DNA from: Eledone cirrhosa
Lineage: Eukaryota
Reading direction: 5' to 3'
Length of the DNA stretch: 64,000 nt
Assembly: GCA_964016885.1 (NCBI GenBank)
Contig: OZ024745.1
Location: 34,038,001-34,102,000, forward strand
The translations under genes were made by a program, and so were the position numbers. Positions within the stretch are counted from its first letter, which is position 1. Each line of letters begins with the position of its first letter. The notes under the pieces were generated by a model, which searched no databases, was not told the DNA's origin, and was given only the letters and a program-made list of their open reading frames with translations. This document shows positions 42,070-57,027 of this stretch, in pieces.

Positions 42070-42414
42070 ATGTATGTATGTATGTATGTATGTATGTATG
42101 TATGTATGTATGGTATTGATGTATGTATGTATGTATGTATGTATGTATGTATGTATGTATGTATGTATGTATGTATGTATGTATGTATGTATGTATGGTA
42201 TTGATATATGAGATAATGAGTACTGAATACCATGGTAGATATTATTAGTAAATTACGGTCGAGTGAAGGTCTTACTACTATAGATATCCTACTCTATGTT
42301 TAAAGGCTCTCCGGAAGTCCCTGTATCGCATATAGTAAACACTCCAGAGCCACTGACGCGATCTCCATAAACTCATTTAGTATATTTATCTCTCTCTCTC
42401 TCTTTCTGTATTTA

Positions 42415-42468
<54 letters not shown>

Positions 42469-42999
42469 AACGATCGACTTTTTTGTCAAATCGGACCGAG
42501 GGAACAATGTTTCCGTTGGTCTTTCCAATTGCTTATATATATATATAACATTTATAAGTGTGAAGAGCAAATAGACAAAAATATACTTAATTCTATCTCT
42601 AAAGTCCCGACCGTACAGCCAGGGTACAACTAAAGTGCAAGGGGGTGGGGGGTTATCGGCTTGTCAGGAGCGCTTCTGACCGCTTCTATTGAAACAATTT
42701 CAGGAGGGAGAATTATCACGTGGTATAATGGTCATTGAAGGGTGGTATTGGGTGGATGGTTGGCGAGTAACATATTTGCTAGAAGAAGCAGTCAGTTTCC
42801 GCCTTATTTTTACTCAAACGTATAGAAGCTAAGACAAAACAATAAAATATATATATACATATAGATACATAAGTATAAACATATATATGTGCTGTCTCTC
42901 CTTTACCAGTTTTGTGCAATGACTGAGAGAATTAAATAATAATCAGTTAATCGGAGCTATATGCCCCCAATAATTATATTTCTCCTTCCCAAACAAACA

Positions 43000-43530
43000 T
43001 ACAGAGGAGGAGAGTTTAGCGTTAATTGATATAAAGAGGGGTATTGGAAGAGAGTTCCGTGTAGTAGATATAGAGAGGGGGATTGGGAGAGTATGTTGTA
43101 TTATTAATGTACAGCGGGGGAGAGTTTGCTGGTAATGTATAGAGTTAGAGGATTGATAGAGATAGGTATTGATAGATATAGAGAGGGTGAGAGTTTGGTG
43201 CTACTTGATATTGTGAGAGAGTGTTGTATGGCTGATATAGAGAGGGGGAGAGTTTGGTATTACTTGATATATAGAGGGCGATTGGAAGAGAGTTCCGTGT
43301 AGTAGATATAGAGAGGGTGAAAGGTTAGGGGTGATTGATATAGGGAGAGATAAGTGTAGATATTTATAGGAAATGAAGGAGTGTATTAGTCTTAGATATA
43401 GAGAGTGGGATAAGAGGGGCGGTGTCGTGGTAGATATAGAGAGGGGTAAAGTTTGGTTTTAGTAGATACAGAGAGGAGGATTAAAAGAGAGCTTTGTGTG
43501 ATAGATACAGAGAGGAGAGTTTGGTGGCAC
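43000..43530. repeat. Degenerate purine-rich minisatellite (GATATAGAGAGGG..GAGAGTTTGG..)
   Basis: Motif recurs more than 10 times at roughly 30-45 bp spacing. Confidence 0.7.
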
Positions 43531-43661
43531 TCTCGGTCCCAATATTTGTATGGGTGGCAATAATGGGGGTGGGGGGATGTTGTTTGGCTTTGGAATTCAG
43601 TAATTGTATAGTGTAAATATGTGATTTCTTGTAATTTTCTTCTTTTGTCATTTATAGAGAA

Positions 43662-43752
43662 CTGGATTCGCAATCGTGAGGTTGTGGGTTCGATTCCTGG
43701 ACCGGGCGATGCGTTATGTCCTTGAGCAAGACACTTTATTTCACGTTGCTCC
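43662..43752 (+). mobile_element. SINE family B fragment
   Basis: GGGTTCGATTCC B-box and GTCCTTGAGCAAGACACTTTATTTCACGTTGCTCC. Confidence 0.75.
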
Positions 43753-44100
43753 TTCTACCTGGAGTTGCGACTGATAGATAGTACTAGCAATTGGAAAGAC
43801 CAACGGAAACATTGTTTCCTCGGTCCAATTTGACGAAAGTCGATCGTTCTTTTTTAATGTAAAGTAAAATTATCAATAGATTCTCCAGCTGCTGTATCAC
43901 TATGAATCACTTACAATAGATTAGTAAAATTTAATAAGTGGGTGAGAGGTGGAATAAAAACAGTGTGTGTGTGTGTGAGGGGGGGGGGGGGGCACTGACA
44001 AATTAATAAGTGGGATTGGGGACGATTATTCAAGATGTGAATGTACGTGAATTATTGACGCACGTAAGAATGAAAACTCAATGCCGAAGTAGAGTTTAAA

Positions 44101-44335
44101 TGTTCATTTATTATGACTAAGCCTTGTTTCTCTGGAGTCTCACTTGCGTACTCACAGGATCATAAATAAGACTGGTGATCCTGTGAGTGCGCAGGTGAAA
44201 CTTTAGAGTAACAAAGCTCACCAATAGCCATAATAACTGAATATTGGGTATAATGCCAGTTTCTTACCAAATGCGAAGAAGCTCGATATATTAACCCCTT
44301 AGGAAAGGGTACAGAGCATAATTTGTTTTAATTAT
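44101..44335. mobile_element. Old fold-back element with degenerate hammerhead motif
   Basis: Arms ~44101-44162 and ~44176-44243 are reverse complements. CTGGTGA-T-CCTG..CAGG-T-GAAA-CTTT..AAAG-CTC. Confidence 0.6.
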
Positions 44336-45484
44336 ATATGTATACAGTGGCGGTGGAACTGAGGAGGGAGGCATGACCCCCCCCTCCAATAATTATATTT
44401 TCTCCCGAAGCTACAAAAAGCACACATCTATTTGTATATGCGTTACAATTTATGTACAAGTTATGTTTATCGCATATCGAAGTTTTCTGACAATATTAGA
44501 GTGGAAAGAGTTAAACTAATCACTACTAAATAGTACCAGTATCGTACTGAGGTCGATTCTTCTTCGGTACTTATTTCTCACTTCTTCTCTTCCACTGTAT
44601 ATCCATATCTGGAAGAAATCTACTGTATAGGGATATACTCTGCCAGGCTTAAAATGGCCAAGAAATGCCGAATGCTACTAAGGCACCCCTGCGACTCTAA
44701 TCAGGATTTACAGGACTATACCATACCATGTATAGAAAGCAGGCAGACTACTTCACAAAATCGTTATTCTGGGTATTCTAAGTTCAAATCCCGAGGAGGT
44801 CAACTTTATTTTCTACCTTTCGGCGTCGATAATGAAATTATCTCTTTCTCTTATTAGATCTCTCGACCTAGATCAAGGGAGTTGGGTGTCGAGAATGTGT
44901 CTGTGGCTACTTACGACTGCATAGACAAACACCTAAACCTCTCAGCGAAAGCATGGTACATACTACTAAGTCTTACTCGATTTCGAGTGATGACTGTAGA
45001 TTGTCAGAAAGCCGTATTCTCTTCTGTTAAATATTCTTTGGCAAATATACTATGGAGATCGCATAATTTGTTTTGAGTATTCGGAAAGCCAAACAAGTTT
45101 GCAATGATGATGATTATGATGATGATGATGATGAAAAAGAAGAAAAATGAAACAATTTTCTGAGGCCGACGCCACAGTTCTACTGAAAACATTACTATAT
45201 TCACCAGTATCCTCATCATCGCCACAAGTTCACCTTCGTTGTCGTCATCGATCATCGATCATTCTAATCCCCACCCCGCAACCTCTCTAGTTATCTTTGC
45301 TACCACTATCAATTATGATACCAACGAAGCTATCATAGTCACAATGTTACTCGTGCTATTGCTATTCGTAACCAGCAATACTACAACCGAAACTAAATCA
45401 TCATCATCATCATCACAGACGTCACCGCCGTCGTCGTTATTATTGTTATTGTCGCCATTATCATCATCATCGCGGTGGATCAAA

Positions 45485-45672
45485 GGCGGTGGATTGGCAG
45501 TATTGGTAGAGAGTCGGACGCCATGCTTTCCAGCATAGTTACGTCCCTTTATGGTCTGAGTTCAAATCCCGCCGAGGTTAACTTTGCCTTTCATCCTTAC
45601 GGGGTCGATAAAATAATGTACCAGTAATGCACTGGATAATTGCTGGCCTTGTGCCTAAAGTAGAAACAATTA
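45485..45672 (+). mobile_element. SINE family A (full length)
   Basis: Near-identical to the copy at 38629. Confidence 0.92.
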
Positions 45673-45788
45673 TCATCATCATCGCCTTCATCACCACTAT
45701 CACCATCATTATCATCATCACTATAATTTCTATCACCCTTCACCGCTTTCCTTTCACTGACTTCAACTCCTCTCTCTCCACCACCATC

Positions 45789-45844
<56 letters not shown>

Positions 45845-46329
45845 GTCGTCATTATCATCATCCATCATCATCATCATCATCGTCATTATCATTATCTTCA
45901 ACTTCCTCCTCATCATCATCATCGTCATTATCTTCAACTTCCTCATCAACATCGTCACCATCAAAGCTATCTTACTTTATCTCGTCTTCCTCCTCGTCAT
46001 CATCATCATCATCATCATAGTATTTTTATTTGTTTGTTTATTTATTTATTTATTAGTTTGGTGCTCTGTTGTATAGTTAATCAGTTTACCTTTATGTACA
46101 AACCTATGAATAATTAACTAAGGAAGGAGAGAAATCTTTACACCTAGGAGTCAATACGTCGTTTTTTATGCCTATATTTTTAGTTTTTATATGTATGTAT
46201 GTGTATAGTCTGTCTGTCTGTATGTCTGTCTGTATGTCTGTCTGTATGTATATACATAGGTGTGTACGTATGTAAGTATTTGTGTATCTACGTGTGTCGG
46301 TGTGTACCTGGACGTAATTCTATTTAGAC

Positions 46330-46641
46330 CGTTGATTCCCAAACTGGGCTTTATCGCCTCCCCCTCTTGGATGATGTGAGACTCAAAAGTGCACTAGAAT
46401 GCAATGAGGTGGTAGGGGGTCATTGGATGACAATGAATGGTGATGGAGGATAGAGCAAAGAATACTAATTAGCAGTTGCTCTTAAAACAGTTACGTTTAG
46501 TTATTAATAAATGCTTTTTAAATATTGAAATTTAATTTAGAATGTATACATTTTTGATTAACAGTAATGTCAGGGTGGGGCTCTGATGAATTACTTTCTC
46601 TAAAACTGGATCAGTATTTCAAACAAATTTCGGAACCACTG
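46330..46641. mobile_element. hAT (Charlie-like) MITE
   Basis: Degenerate TIRs CGTTGATTCCCAAACT / AATTTCGGAACCACTG. 8-bp TSD ATTTAGAC / AATTAGAC. Confidence 0.65.
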
Positions 46642-47982
46642 AATTAGACTGCTGCAGTGTTTGTTAAAGAGGACAGTAAAGTCCTCTTGCGGATCTCATA
46701 AATTATTTGTAGGGTGTTAAGGATTATGTTGAAGATGGTGTTACATAAAATTTCATTGATGATGCAATTTACGTCATTTCCAGAAAGAATGAGAGAGAAC
46801 TTGAAAAGGTATACTGCATAGAAAAGATATCAAAACGTATGTTGGTGGAAGGGGGATAGATATGAAAGGTGTGTTGGGGGTGGTTCAACAATTTAGAACA
46901 TGGCTCCATGTGTTCTTAACTCCTGTTGGAGCCGTAGGGATATACGACGTGATATAGGCATTTAAGTCTGGCATGAAACATCAATCTTTGAGTCTGAACA
47001 CTGCTGATTTCTTCCGGAGAACGGGAGAGGGAGAAACAGAAAGAAGTATCTACAACAGACTGCTACTTTATATATCGACCCAAAAGAGGTCCCAAAACAA
47101 AATCAATGAATACCACCAGACCGCAGAGTACCGAACTACAAGACGATCTAGTGTAGCAAATTTCTAAACCGGGAAAACATTATCGTTAATCTTTTCTTTT
47201 ATTTTACTTGTTTTGATCAATACAGTGCTACTATATTGGGCCACCACTTTAAAGGGATTTAGTCAAGCATATTGACCCCAGTAAAATATAAAAGCCTAAG
47301 CTTACCTCGGGGAGATTTGAACTAAAAAATCACCAAGAGACGGTCACTGTGAGGGAGGGAGAGGGTGCTTACGTTTCGGATTCAACACTGAGTAATGGTC
47401 AAGTAATTACTTGAGCCTTACACGTTGAGTTATCGCTATGGAGTTAGGTCTTCTCAATTCCTCGTCGAAGTGGAACATTGGTACTTAGCAAAATCATTTG
47501 ATTAATTTCACTAATATAAACAGTTCTAATTACTATTACAACTGTAGGTGACGAAGATCTTTAATAGTTTTCTTGGATTTAAGATTTTGACCTGTATTTT
47601 GATAAATTGTACTTTTATATAACCCGTATTAATTTTCTATCATTGAGAAAAATAGCAGAATATAACACGTTTAATGAAATTATGGTTGAAAGTTAATCTA
47701 TAAGTATTGATTTGGCATTTCCACTATCTCAAAGTCGATTGAAAACACAAAAACGATCACCTACCTTTCACTTCCCCCTTTATCTGCTCTGATATTAATA
47801 TATTTTTCATAGACCTAGATGTATCAGAGATATTATTTCTTACGTCACACATCAATAGCATCCTGCTGTTAGCAATTTTGGTTAAAGCAATGTTTTTACT
47901 GTTAATAGCAGCAACACCTTCCATCATGTCTCGCACAAGAAGTTTCTAGCAAACACAGACACTTTTGTAATACTTCCTGAAA

Positions 47983-48016
<34 letters not shown>

Positions 48017-48029
48017 GTACTACTACTAT

Positions 48030-48438
48030 ATTTCTTCTTCTTATTCTCTCGTTTGTTACTGGGCGGGTAATAGGGACAGACACCTTTTCCAGCAGGTTCT
48101 ATCAGAAGCAACCGTCAATTTGGATCCCCAAACAAGACAAGCCAAGTTCATATTATTATCCACCGGTCTTGCTCATAGTCTACCACTGGGTCTCCCGTCG
48201 GTTGGTTTTGCCCATAAATTCTGTCCAGCGATTCTTTCCTGTGACATTCTACATGTTCGTAATATCGGAACTGTTATATCTCAATTTGGAGAAGTAGCAG
48301 CTCTACCTGCAGCGACTGTCTGGCCTTCGAACTACGCTCTCTATCAAATAACGTTATTCTAAAGAACCTTTGGAGGAATCCCATTTCGGCCGCTTCTATT
48401 CGCGACCTTATTCTTTCGGTCATTACTCAAGACTCCAT
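48030..48438 (-). mobile_element. RTE-clade LINE 3' fragment
   Basis: ES*VMTERIRSRIEAAEMGFLQR...LFDRERSS...VELLLLQIE...RMSQERIA...GRPSGR...VASDRTCWKRCLSLLP*. Confidence 0.85.
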
Positions 48439-49544
48439 GAAAACATTCAAACATTTAAAAACCTTCTAGCTAATAAACAGCAACACAAAAATATAAGTAT
48501 TTTACAATATAGGTCGTCTGAGGTATTTTCTCACAATTTCTAGTGTCTTTCCTTCGTCACCCCCCATCTATAACACACACAACACTTCCTTTATCAATAG
48601 TTCTAAAGCAACAATATACCGCGTATTATATATGAGCATTTTGTAAGGAATGCCTCCCAAACCCTATGAAACTGACTGTAAAGTCTTCATTCACAAACAC
48701 AATATAGCCCACTGATATGCAATGCCTCAAATATTACAACACTCTACTCTTTTGAATTAGATAATTAGATAATTTTGTTGACCTGAACCACAACTGACTA
48801 TACATACACGCCGTACGAAATACGTTGCTCAAATTTATCTTCCCTGAAATCCTCGTCTTGTTTCCCTTTCATCTAAATATAGAACTGCAAATGCTCAAAA
48901 TGAACAAACCTAACCAAATGTACTATATCAAACTTGCTGGTCTCCGAGAGAGCTTACATAATTATGGACAGTACCGTTACTCTTCACGCCAGCTGCTTCT
49001 TTCTGCTTAACCGTGGGGTTCAGAATTTTACTTCGCAAATATATAGATTCGAGTGCGATGCTACTGAGGGAGCAGCTCGGACAAATGTCTTTAAAAATAG
49101 CTCCTGCTAGACCGAAGTCTTGTGAGTTTAGCGGTAAAATGTGAGTTAGACATATAAGATAATAGTGTAAGGCGTTTCATTTGTCTTACTTTATTCTGCA
49201 TTACACTCCTTTATATCTAATGTGCATGGTACCGGCTTTCCCAAAACAATCTTAACCGAAAGAAAACTGATTTCACTAATAACTATAGAGAAACTGAATC
49301 GTATGTTTACACGGTGCATAAGCAAATCTAATGAGTTATAAATGGGAAATGGTATAACGTCGAACCATTTTCTATGACCGAAAAATGTTGGGAGAGGAAA
49401 TAAATATGGATGAATCTATATTAATTAGTTGGAGATGAAAGGAAAATGCCATGGCTTTAGTAGGTTGTCGAACAGAAGAATTTAACAAAAGGGCATAACA
49501 AAATGACGCCTAATTTAAGTAACAGTTATGAATATCAATGAAGA

Positions 49545-49822
49545 TGCATAGTTTAGTCTTTGGGATGTGTGACGCAAGATTCCAATGTCATGAGTTTGAT
49601 TCCCGGTGGGGTGTTGTCTCCCAGAGTAAGACACTTTACTTTATGTTGCTCTAGTACAATCAACTGAAAAAAAGGGTCAGGAATTTGACACACATTATTA
49701 CACTGAATGTGCCTGAGACGTACGTTAAGAGTGTACATGCTTATAGAATATTCAGCTATTTGTTCGTTAATTCCTTGAGCAGGCTGTTCCATTTATCGAA
49801 CAAGTAGAACAATCGTCGTCGA
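49545..49822 (+). mobile_element. SINE family B (diverged)
   Basis: Homologous to 32488-32790. Confidence 0.6.
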
Positions 49823-50489
49823 AACAGACAAAAATTGAATTCAGAGTACGGAAAGCCACGGAAAATACTGAATTATTTAATCCGAAGACTGAATGATTGT
49901 CAATCTGTTACTTTTTGATAACGAAAGGTCAGCCTAGTGCGGAAGTGAGAGACTCACTGCATTATTATCATTACCATCATTTATTTATTTTTGACAGGAG
50001 GTAGGATTTGAACTCAAAGCGCAAAGAGGCGGAACATATATCTAAGCATTTAATCCTACGCCCCTAAAGATTGTGCCAATTCGTCACATTCCGATAAATG
50101 TATAACAGGAAAATTAATATTCTATGAAGCAGACATTCATTGTCAGAATGAATGGCAGAAGGTCGGGCGGTTCTATATATTATAAGGAGCCAAACAATGA
50201 TAATATAGCTAATAATTGTAAACCAATAACATCCAAATTGAATGCTTTTCGAACATATCTTTACCGATAACGTATTTGCACCATTGATCGGTGTGTTTAA
50301 ATCGGAATTGTAGCAGTTAATTATGAGAGATAGCTAAAAATAACACCAGAAGAAAGGATGCGACTGAAAGAGGTGGGAAATTAAAGAACAATTTACTAAT
50401 AGATAAATGGATATTCTCGGATTGTGAAGGTGGCACACATACCTAGAAATATAATGGATCAATTATATATATATATATAAATATATATA

Positions 50490-50908
50490 AAAGAAAATTT
50501 TCGCTCTACATGGCTGAATACAATAAATGTAATCTAAGTTTTTCGAATATTAATAATAACATTCGATTCGTTTGCAATTATGCAAACAAGCCTCAATTTT
50601 ATAGCCATGTCAGTAGAATGAACACTTCGTTCTTGCTCTTATATTGGCATGCGAACAGAACTGCAGACACTAATGTTTCTGGGTATCACTCTTCATCAGT
50701 ACAGCTCACTGTTCACCTGCCAAACTGTCAGAGCTAGTGAAAATATATGTTATTTTCAAAAATACACAGTGACTGATCGGCCTGATTTGCATATTAGCAG
50801 ACTGGCTGATCAGTCAGATCTGCATATTAGCAGATCCACTGATCAGCCAGATGTGTATATCAGCAGACTGGCCAGTCAGTTTCCTGTGTACGAGCGATAC
50901 ATGGCCGG

Positions 50909-50910
<2 letters not shown>
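50490..50910 (-). mobile_element. Short hammerhead-bearing element in (TA)n (hammerhead at 50661-50704)
   Basis: Reverse complement reads CTGTA-CTGATGA-AGAGTGATACCCA-GAAA-CATTAGTG-TC-TGCAG. Paralogue at 61175-61720. Internal ~28-bp tandem repeats at 50770-50880. Confidence 0.8.
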
Positions 50911-50974
<64 letters not shown>

Positions 50975-50987
50975 ATATATATATATA

Positions 50988-51560
<573 letters not shown>

Positions 51561-51714
51561 GAAATAGATATATGTATATATATATATATATATATATGAA
51601 ATAGCGCTATAAGGTTTCACTTACGATTCCACTTGTGTACATATTCTTCTATATGCTTCTATATGTATTTGGTATATATATGTCAGTATACCGTGTTTTT
51701 TGTACGATATATGG

Positions 51715-51804
<90 letters not shown>

Positions 51805-51812
51805 TTCTCATT

Positions 51813-52156
51813 TGGTTATATATACATATGTATACAGTTAGTAAGTTATTCAAAACATTAGTAAAGTGTAAATATCATTTTAAATACAGAAATGGCTTCT
51901 ACAGGACTAGAACTGTTTCATTCAAAAGATGAAACAGTTCTAGCCCTGTAGAAGCCATTTCTGTATCAAACATGATGTTTACTCTCTACTAATGTTTTGA
52001 GTAACTTTCTAACTGTATACATATGTATATATAACCATCTTTTGAATGAAACAATTCTAGTTCTGTAGAAGCCATTTCTGTATTAAACAAGATGTTTACA
52101 CTCTACTAATGTTTTGAGTAACTTACTAACTGTGGTTGGCCCCAATTGAAGCCCAC

Positions 52157-52160
<4 letters not shown>
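51813..52160. mobile_element. Double fold-back hammerhead-family element
   Basis: Palindrome 51813-52037 is centred at ~51925, in the stem II position just 5' of GAAACAG..CTGTA. A third copy at 52036-52160 carries the tail. Same ribozyme 3' half as 19654-19706. Confidence 0.8.
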
Positions 52161-52218
<58 letters not shown>

Positions 52219-54142
52219 TAACTAAGTACTCGTCCTTTCGACGATTCAAGTAGCTTTCGGTGTAGATCATTAAACTAAACAAAGTAAATTTGAATACATA
52301 GAAGAAAAACGTACTTTATGTAAACATGAAAACCTTAGGTACTATTCCAGCGAAATAATTAGTATGTGAGCTCGGTGTCATCCGTTATCCCATGTAACAA
52401 CAGAAATCCAGTCTAGGTATAAATCTGTTTGACAACAGTAAAACCTTTTGTTTCAAGTACAAAGAGTAAAGTAAAATACGAATGAGCCGAATTGTAATAA
52501 TCAAAATCCCAAAACTAAATGTTTGACAACATCAAAAATGAGTTCCTATTGTATTGACGAAAGATAACTCTTGTCTTACTTAATCACGAAATATTGACGA
52601 AAGATAACTCTTGTCTTACTTAATCAAGAAAATTGACACAAATAACCGAAACTTTTTTAATGTCTCCAAAGGCCCCAATATCGATTTTTGAAAGCCTTTG
52701 TAGATCATGTACAGGTTTTGTGCAAGGAGAAGCTCTGTAAACATTTTCAAAGAAATCGCATGAATGGTTTAGAATATATGAGCCCTCATTAAAAATTGTC
52801 CACACACACATAAACACACATACAGAAAACCTCATCTTTATATATATATATATACAGATATATATATATATATATATCCAAAATTAAACTAAGGGTGTCA
52901 TGTCTGAGGGACATGTGCCATATCCTCTGCAGAATATGCTCAAAGATTCCAATGTTGATATATATATATTTCAATAGAAAGTCTGAATTTTGACACCCCA
53001 GCAGACCAGCCATATTCACTGAACCAGAACAATTCTCCCCATCCCGTTTTTCTTGACCATTACCTTTTGTTTGGCACAAAATTCTGTAACAGGCTACAAA
53101 AGAAATTCCCAAATACGGGCGTGAAATGTAATGTACTTGTTCACGTGACAGTCTTAATTTCATTTATAACCAATCAAATAATATTTATTAAAAATAAAAA
53201 AAAAAGCCTTCGTGAGCCACTTTTTTTTAAAGTAAAAAGAAATTCAAGCACAAACTGGTGCGAAAGCTGATGTGCTTATTCACGTGACTGCATCAACCAG
53301 CCAGACTTCACTCATATATGAAAAAATAACCTGAGCCCCCCTATTTTTGAAGGCAAATATAAAAAGAACTTTGTAACGCGAACTGGCGTGAAATTTATTA
53401 TATTTATTCACCAACCAACCAAATTACTTCTCTAAAACCGTAGCATTTCAAGCCAATTTTTTCCATATAAAACAGAAGTAACATTGAAACACCAACCAGA
53501 TCTAAGAAAAACCACAAACCCTCCATCGCAATTCTACTTTTGAAAAGCACAAGAGCTGCGAAACCGGTAAAGGAACTTTAAATATATTTTTAAAAAAAGA
53601 CTCCAGTTGCATTTTCGATTTCATCTTTTTTCCTTATATATATATATATATATAAGGAAAAAACTATATATATATGTATATGGTACGAAATTCTCAGCGA
53701 ACTGGACGGCAGAAGGTCTTCAGAGAAGACACCCACTTCAAGCAAGTGTTTCTGCCCTCACCTTTACATATATATATAGTTATGAGTTCTTATAATAGGA
53801 TCTGGTTCCTGAGATGAGAGAGTTGTTGTAAAAGTAAATATACGAAATCTGATATTAATAGAAAATTAATCATCCTAACAAAAGATAGGAAGAGAATATT
53901 TTCTTTTATTCAATATTTTACTTTCTTCAGACATTAAACTTCGCCTATGCTGGAACACAGCCTTAAAATATTGTAATCCATTATATCAAACTCAGCACTT
54001 ACCCTATCGATATCTTTTTGTCGAAACGGTACACAAACAGATAGACACGAACATAAAACTTTATCATTCACACGCACATATATAAAAACCTACCTACATG
54101 CATACATACATATACATATAATGCATACATATACATATAATG

Positions 54143-54235
<93 letters not shown>

Positions 54236-54577
54236 CGTTCGCGACGAATACATTTTCCTTCTTTCTTACATTTGGATTCATCTCGAAAGGTCTTTTTTCT
54301 AAGCGCTCATATATTCACCTAGCTTATGCTAACAGAATAACTATGTAGCTTGTTCCCTTCCTATCTACGGTTAGCTTTCCTCTTTGTTGTTTACTTGTCT
54401 CACTCGCTTTACGCGTTTTAATTGTCCTAATAACTTAATTTAGTTATTATTGCACCAACGTGAGGTATAGGATTTTTAATGCAATGAAATATCTATGACC
54501 GTTGGCAAATCACTGATGAGGGACTCATTTTATAACATCTTATCCATGTGCAACCTGCAGTATTCTTCTCCCCATTT

Positions 54578-54644
<67 letters not shown>

Positions 54645-54647
<3 letters not shown>

Positions 54648-54958
54648 TCCTGATGATTTCATACGAATGAAACTGTTCTACCCTGGAGAAATCATTTCTA
54701 TAAATATAATTGTTTCTACTTTTGGCACAAGGCCAGCAATTATCGCAGTTCATTACTGGTACTTTATTTTATCGACCCTGTAAGGATGAAAGGCAAAGTT
54801 AACCTCGATGGGATTTGAACTCAGACCATAAAGGGACGTAACTATGCTGGCAAGCATGGCGTCAGACCCTCTACCGATACTGATGCCTATCTTCTACTAA
54901 TGTATAGAGTACCTATTTTAACTGTGGTTACCCCCGACAAATCACGAGAATCTACACA
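54645..54958 (+). mobile_element. Hammerhead-family element with mutated motif, interrupted by SINE A (54707-54882, -)
   Basis: TTC-CTGATGA-TTTCATACGAAT-GAAA-CTGTTCTACCCTG-GA-GAA. The tail resumes after the SINE and resembles 52100-52160. Confidence 0.7.
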
Positions 54959-55967
54959 TATATATATATATACAATGGGCTATGGGGTCTTTTGTTATTT
55001 CCACCGACCAAGCTCAATTCATAATATATGTGGTCAACCAGGAACTATAGTAGAAGTTACTTGCTGATTGGGCCGCAGAGCCTGACTGTACCCAGAATAA
55101 TATGATTGCCAAGCGAACCCATGAAGCAGACTTCCATGCTTGCACATTTAGAAATCATTACGATCAACAATAAACAATAAACTATCACGAATGAAATGGG
55201 GGACCCAGAGTGACAACTGAAAAAAGAGTTTCGTTAAAAGAATAAACACTACAATATCTGTTGAATACTTGGTGCTATTTTAGCGTGCGCTCTATTATTG
55301 AATCACTATGTAATGATCTCACCTATCTTCTGAGATTTTAGCTAATGTTGTGTCCTTTCATGGTATACATTTATTACCTGTCCTTATGAATTTCATAATA
55401 TTGATGATAATTAATGTATTATTTAGCATTTTTTGATGATTAGGATTTTGAGAATTAAGTGTATGTCATTAAAATAAATCACTATTCAATATTATTCAAC
55501 TTAGGTTTATCATTCTGTAGTATAATGTTTTTGTAGTTGAAGCAGTGTGTATGCTAAACTGTAAATGTACGTGTAGACCGCTCGCAAAATTGTAAATGAC
55601 CAAATAGACTGCTCACAAAATTGAAAAGTAACACCGAGTATTTTAATTTACAATAGCACAAACAGAGCGTAGTTTAGGATAGGGCATATATATACACGTA
55701 TTAAATATGTTTATGTATAACAACCTCTCTCACAGGCTCACACATATATAGTATCGATGTAGGTATTTGAAGCTGTGATCAAATCACAGCTACCTCAGTA
55801 TCCGTCTACGAGCCGTCTATACATGTATTTCGACATTTATTACCCACCTTCAGCGGACACCTTCTTACTACAGAACTGAGGAGCGGAAGTAAATAACTTC
55901 TTACATACTACGTTTTATAGATTTATGAAACAAACTAATTTTGTTAAAATCTTATTTACACATGTTG

Positions 55968-56382
55968 ATTGTTGTTATGTGACCTCCGGAGACAGAGAAC
56001 CACAACTTCAAGGTCGCGTGGAGGATCGTTGGCTGTGGGTTTGCTTGTGAATCGCGAAGCTAATCTGGGATCCGAAACTACACCCACATGTGGGCAACAT
56101 GTATGTACGTGCTGCAGTGTAAGTGGATGTGGTTCGTGTTTTGCGCGCTGTACGTTTCCACTGAGCTTCTGCAATGCGCCTTGTTTCTTCTGCACATGCT
56201 TTCTCAAAGATTTTGCAGCACCAGATTGGGCGATCCAGGGCAAAGGATTCCCAGTTACTGAGATTGATGTTGATGCTTTTGACGGATACATTTACACTGT
56301 CTTTGAAACGTTGTTTCTGTCCACCGATTGAGCGCTTGCACTAAATCTTCTCGTCATACAGTTGGTGTTTCGGTAATTTGTT
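55968..56382 (-). mobile_element. RTE (BovB-like) LINE 3' fragment
   Basis: An alternative frame reads KLPKHQLYDE..*CKRSIGGQKQRFKDSV...WESFALDRPIW...KRTARK...PTCGCSFGSQISFAIHKQTH*. Confidence 0.85.
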
Positions 56383-56945
56383 TTAAGTCACCTTAACTAG
56401 CTCCATCCTACATGGAGGTGAGTTTCCAATTTCCACAATTGCTTCGTTCAATGGTGAGCAACCCTATGCTTTGAGTCTCTTGTGTTCAAGTTTGAGTCTA
56501 CAGCTTTCAGTATACCCGCACTTGCTGTTTCGCCCCTTGCTTATCGTTACATGATTTAGAGTAGTGAGAATGAGTTTACAGATTTAATTTGAAGTCGTAT
56601 CATGCGCTTGAATTGGATTAAGGTGAGTGAGCACAAATCGTCCGTCTCACACTTTTGTCCCAAACTATCTGTGTACCTGGATGGCCACAAGTGTCATAGC
56701 AGATATCAATTTACCCTAATTGCGATCCAAAATGTTTTATTGGGTCCAGCTACCTATCAGTTGAACTACCAAGTCTTCACATACATAAGCTTTAGCTAAC
56801 TATCGTGGTCAAGGATTTATTTCACCTCTCATCTATGAGATTTCGGGTTTAATTCCGAGTGTGGCATCTTGAGAAAGTGTCCTCTGCTTTGGGTTGATTA
56901 GTGCCTTATGAGTGAAATTTGATAAAAGAAAACTGCAAACGCCAG

Positions 56946-57027
<82 letters not shown>

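Noticed and set aside
55956-56331. 111-aa and Cys-rich 120-aa ORFs as host genes
   Set aside because: A different - frame matches the RTE LINE C-terminus, so these ORFs are shadows.
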